DNA from: an uncultured Gemmatimonadales bacterium
Lineage (GTDB): Bacteria > Gemmatimonadota > Gemmatimonadetes > Longimicrobiales > RSA9
Direction: 5' to 3'
DNA: 64,000 bases
Assembly: GCA_963798845.1 (NCBI GenBank)
Contig: CAWCUS010000006.1
Coordinates: forward strand, 800,001-864,000
Below are positions 60,281 to 64,000 of the stretch, piece by piece. The position numbers and the translations under genes were made by a program. Position 1 is the first letter of the stretch; each line of letters begins with the position of its first letter. Under the pieces are notes generated by a model, which was given only the letters and a program-made list of their open reading frames with translations, was not told the DNA's origin and did no database searches.

Positions 60281-63219
60281 CAGAAGAGCAGCCTCAGAGA
60301 GATTCGTAGCCTCGACAGCCGTGTGTCCGGGAGCTGCCCCAGCCGGAAATGGGAGTTGACGGCAAGGGGTACCGCGACGCGGCCTGTATGTGGATCGATG
60401 TTCAGGGAGCCGTTCGGGTCGAGGTTGTAGAGCGCCGTGTCGTAGACGCCCATGCCACGGGGAGACAGGTCCAGCCCCTCGACACGCAGCTCCGCGTTGA
60501 CGCCGCTCACCGGCGGCAGCACCGCGGTCACCCATGCATCGATCGAGCGACGCGTGGGCAGCCGGCACGAGTTCCGCTCGGCGAACCGACCCGCGTTTTC
60601 ACGCAGACACGACCAGCGCGCAAGCATGTCGTCCATCCCCGGCAGGGATTCATCGACGTACGCGGGGTCGTTCCCGAGCACGCCGTCGCCGTTCGCGTCG
60701 ACGGCGGGCCCGAAGCCGGGTGTGAACGGGCGCCCGGACGCAGTCCGGTAGAGGGCGCCGACGTGCACGGCCGAGATGACGGGGAGGCGGACGTCGATCG
60801 CCGCCGTCGCCCGGTTCGGCGCGTCCAGGTCGGAGATGCCGTCCTGCCAGTCGTCGAGTCCCTCGATTCCGGGGAAGGGGGGCAACTCCTGTGCCCCCGG
60901 GACGGCCCCGACGCCCGGCCACTCGTCCTGGGTGGCGGAGTAGGTGTAGGAGCCGAGGAGGCGGACCCAGTCACCCGCGCTCTTCTCGACGCTGGCCGTC
61001 ACGCCCCAGTACGTCGAGAGGCCGTCGGTGGTGATGCCGGACACGCGGTCGAACTCCGAGAAGCGGCGGTTGCTCCCCGGCTCGGCTACCAGGAGTCCCC
61101 CCTGGCGCACCAGCGTTCCGTACACCGGGCGATCGTACTGGTCGAAATAGAGCGCGGCGGGCGCCAGATTCAGATCGCGTCGCCGGGGAAGGTGCTCCGT
61201 TCTCCGGACCACGGCGTCGAGGTTCAGCGCAGCCGTGGTGCCTAGGGCGTAGGTGATGCCGATGCTGCCCCGTGTCGTGAGCGGTGGCTGGACGTCCGGC
61301 CGCAGCACCGTGAGGATCGGCCCGAGCTGCTGTGGCGTGGCGGAATCGAGGTTGCCGACGGCGGCCGTAGCCGAGACCCGTCCGTCGTACGTGAGGGCTT
61401 CGGCGAGCAGGGCCGGCGACACTTCGCCCGGGAGGACGGTGAGCGCCCCACGGACGAACCACTGGTGCAGCTCCTCGATGTCCCAGTTCAGCGCCGCTAC
61501 CGCCCCGAACGTGCTCGCGGAAGACCCGATTGCGGTGTTGTCCACGCCCGTAAGCTCGAACCAGCGACGGTTGCGGAGGACGGCCGAGGCAGGCAGCGTC
61601 TCCAGGTCGAACCGGACACCCGTGGTGAAATCGAACCCGGCCGCGAGCTGCCAGGTATCCTGGGCGTATCCGAAGACGCCCTGCGTGGTGAACTTGGCGG
61701 AGGCCACTGGACCTGTGGTGCCTTCGAAGGCTCCGATCCGGCCCCGCAAGTCGCCGGGCGTGGCGAAAAGGTAGGTGCCGGTCTGGCCGTACAGCTGCGT
61801 TCGGTCGTGCCAGTCCGCGGTGAAGCCGGCGCCGACCTTCAGCCGGTGCGGCCCCGAGGTGATGTAGAGCGTGGCCTGGCCGTCGATCTCGGTCCGCGTC
61901 AGGTCCGCCGGGAGGGCGGCCGTGCCGCCGAGCTGGATCGGCACGGAAGCGACCACCACCGCCGCATCGCCGAAGGGGGTGCGGTCGCCCGCTCCCATTT
62001 CGAAAGTCCGGCTGCTGTTGCTGAACCCCGCGCGGAATTGCGCCGAGACCTGCTCGCTCACCGGGGCGAGGACCATGCCGGTGGCCATGATGTCGCGGGC
62101 CTTGGCGGATACCGGGATCCGCCCACCCTCGGGAGCGAGCGCCGGGAGCTCGTCCTGCGCATCCGTGAAGATCGTGCTCAAGCGAACGTAGCGTCCCTCG
62201 GGGAGCATCCAGTCGAACGTCCCGGCGGCGTCCACGTGCTGCTCGGAGATGGGCGCTTCAGCCCGAACGAACTCGTCCCCGTTGCCGAGCTGCAGGTCCG
62301 TGGCGGAGCCCGGCACCCTGGAGACGGGCTGCTCGCGATGCAGCGCCTGCACCCCGATCCAGGCATGGGCGCTGTCGCTCGCGGCCGCGCCACCGAGCGT
62401 GGCCACACCGCGCCACGATGTGTACGGCGAGCTCACGGGATCGATGGCGAGGGGGTCCATGCCCACCGTGGCGGCCAGGCTCCCCGTGGTACGCCCGACG
62501 CCGGTGCGCAGGATGGTGCCCAGGATGCCTCCGGCGACGCTGGGCCACTCGACGTCCGGACGGCCCGTCACCAGCTCGGCCTGGCCGAGGGCCGGAATCG
62601 GGGTCCGCAGCGACTCGAGTCCCGAGAGCGCTGGCAGAGCGAGGGGGCGGAAGGGCACGCCATCCACGGTGAGCGCGCCCAGCGACGACGGCAGCCCCTC
62701 CACCGTCAGCGGCGGCTCGCCGAGTGTGGTGGTGGAGAGGATCTCGCCGACCTCCCCATCGGCGTGTGGCACCGCCGCCCTCTCCCATTCCGCGAAGACG
62801 TGGCTGCGGCCCGCGCGGGACCCGCCGTTCGCGGGCCCGCTGAAGGGAATGCGGTCCGGTTCCTCGACCACGCCTTCCGCCGGCCGCAGCTTCACATCCA
62901 CGGTCAGTCGCCGGTCGAGGCCGAGAGGGATCGGGCCGACGAGCGCGGGGCGATAGCCGAGCTGCTCGACCAGAAGCTCGTAATCACCCGCCGGGAGCAG
63001 GGAGAATTCGAACCGGCCGTCCATGTCGGTCTCGCCGACGGTGGCGGCGCTCCCGCCGACGCGGCGGAGCGTCATTCCCACCTGGGCCACGGGGACGCCG
63101 TCCGGATCGCGCACGGTGCCCTGCAATGCGGCGGTGGTGGGGCTCTGGGCCGCCAGCGTCGCCGGACAGAGTGTGGCAACGATCAGGAGGAGCGATGTCG
63201 CACCTCGGGCAGGTCGCAT
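60280..63219 (-). CDS. TonB-dependent receptor-like outer-membrane protein (Oar type, N-terminal carboxypeptidase-regulatory-like domain)
   Basis: Signal peptide; LQGTVRD..G, TD.DGRF, YAQDTW, GVRFD, GSYTYS, C-terminal LRLLF. Confidence 0.85.
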   Translation of the reverse strand: MRPARGATSLLLIVATLCPATLAAQSPTTAALQGTVRDPDGVPVAQVGMTLRRVGGSAATVGETDMDGRFEFSLLPAGDYELLVEQLGYRPALVGPIPLGLDRRLTVDVKLRPAEGVVEEPDRIPFSGPANGGSRAGRSHVFAEWERAAVPHADGEVGEILSTTTLGEPPLTVEGLPSSLGALTVDGVPFRPLALPALSGLESLRTPIPALGQAELVTGRPDVEWPSVAGGILGTILRTGVGRTTGSLAATVGMDPLAIDPVSSPYTSWRGVATLGGAAASDSAHAWIGVQALHREQPVSRVPGSATDLQLGNGDEFVRAEAPISEQHVDAAGTFDWMLPEGRYVRLSTIFTDAQDELPALAPEGGRIPVSAKARDIMATGMVLAPVSEQVSAQFRAGFSNSSRTFEMGAGDRTPFGDAAVVVASVPIQLGGTAALPADLTRTEIDGQATLYITSGPHRLKVGAGFTADWHDRTQLYGQTGTYLFATPGDLRGRIGAFEGTTGPVASAKFTTQGVFGYAQDTWQLAAGFDFTTGVRFDLETLPASAVLRNRRWFELTGVDNTAIGSSASTFGAVAALNWDIEELHQWFVRGALTVLPGEVSPALLAEALTYDGRVSATAAVGNLDSATPQQLGPILTVLRPDVQPPLTTRGSIGITYALGTTAALNLDAVVRRTEHLPRRRDLNLAPAALYFDQYDRPVYGTLVRQGGLLVAEPGSNRRFSEFDRVSGITTDGLSTYWGVTASVEKSAGDWVRLLGSYTYSATQDEWPGVGAVPGAQELPPFPGIEGLDDWQDGISDLDAPNRATAAIDVRLPVISAVHVGALYRTASGRPFTPGFGPAVDANGDGVLGNDPAYVDESLPGMDDMLARWSCLRENAGRFAERNSCRLPTRRSIDAWVTAVLPPVSGVNAELRVEGLDLSPRGMGVYDTALYNLDPNGSLNIDPHTGRVAVPLAVNSHFRLGQLPDTRLSRLRISLRLLF

Positions 63220-63383
63220 GGGCTTGTGGTCTTGAGTTTGGAGCTGCGAGCGTGATTGGCCAGGCAGGAACGTAATGCCGGGCACAGTCGCAGACCAGTA
63301 GCACGCCAGTGGTGGAAATGTTCCCGAAACGCGCCCCGCGAGCCGTCGTTCGGGGTGGAGGGGAGGGTGGAGCGGCGGCAGTT

Positions 63384-63770
63384 TCAGTGCGCCGGGGAGC
63401 GTCCGCGCAGGAGCTGCCGGATGGTCCCGACCAGGTCGTGTGTCGAGATCGGCTTGGGGATGAACACCACCTGACGTATGTCCAGGCGCTGGAGCTCATG
63501 TTCCGTATAGCCGCTCATGAAGATGAGCACCGTCTCGGGGCATGCGTCGCGGCACCCGGCCGCCAGCTCCTGCCCGTTGACACCGGGCATCACCAGGTCG
63601 GCCAGAAGCACATTGGGGCACCGGCGACGATACGCGTCGCGGGCATCATCCCCATCCGCCACCGCTTCCACCTCGAAGCCCGCTACGGTGAGCGCGCGTC
63701 GGAGCATCTCGCGGACGCTGTCGTCGTCATCGGCGAGGAGAATGCGGTAGCTGTCCGCGGGACGGTCCAT
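63384..63770 (-). CDS. Single-domain response regulator
   Basis: ILLADDD, LLADLVMPGVNG, FMSGY, FIPKP. Confidence 0.9.
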   Translation of the reverse strand: MDRPADSYRILLADDDDSVREMLRRALTVAGFEVEAVADGDDARDAYRRRCPNVLLADLVMPGVNGQELAAGCRDACPETVLIFMSGYTEHELQRLDIRQVVFIPKPISTHDLVGTIRQLLRGRSPAH

Positions 63771-64000
63771 ACGGCGATTCTACTGGGAACGGGGAGGAGC
63801 AATGTTACAGTCCGGCCCGCTCCGACGCCAGCAGCATGGGCCGCCATGGGATCCGTGATCGCGGATCGCTCGTGTGGCGGCATGAGGGTCCGGGACGGTT
63901 CCGCAGCCGACGGATTCTGCCTGCGCAGGCTCGATTCCGCCATTGACAAATTGGCCAGCCGTGCCGACCGTTTTCCGGGCCCGGTCTTTGCCAGCCATCC

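Overview
GC-rich bacterial window. The gene repertoire suggests Gemmatimonadota/Longimicrobiales (inference only). About 13-58.6 kb is a large exosortase/PEP-CTERM plus exopolysaccharide locus. It contains a CAAX protease, Wza-like and Wzc proteins, a priming sugar transferase, exosortase and EpsI, many GT2/GT4 glycosyltransferases, a GT-C, an O-antigen-ligase-like protein, two sulfotransferases, an ABC exporter, FkbM, a CapK-like ligase, FemAB, two deacetylases, Wzb, a DegT aminotransferase and a sigma-54 two-component cluster. Flanks carry signalling and miscellaneous genes on the left and a TonB-dependent receptor plus repeat lipoprotein on the right. The most striking structure: each of the three PEP-CTERM genes is translationally coupled (ATGA overlap) to its own small paralogous 4-TM protein with a P-x6-W[RE]FG motif. 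Two of these cassettes, the wzc operon and probably the regulator operon share an 18-bp TGTTG-N8-C[CA][AT]CA enhancer-like box upstream of sigma-54 -24/-12 motifs. Several genes carry single-base frameshifts, probably sequencing indels. No rRNA, tRNA, CRISPR or IS element was recognised.
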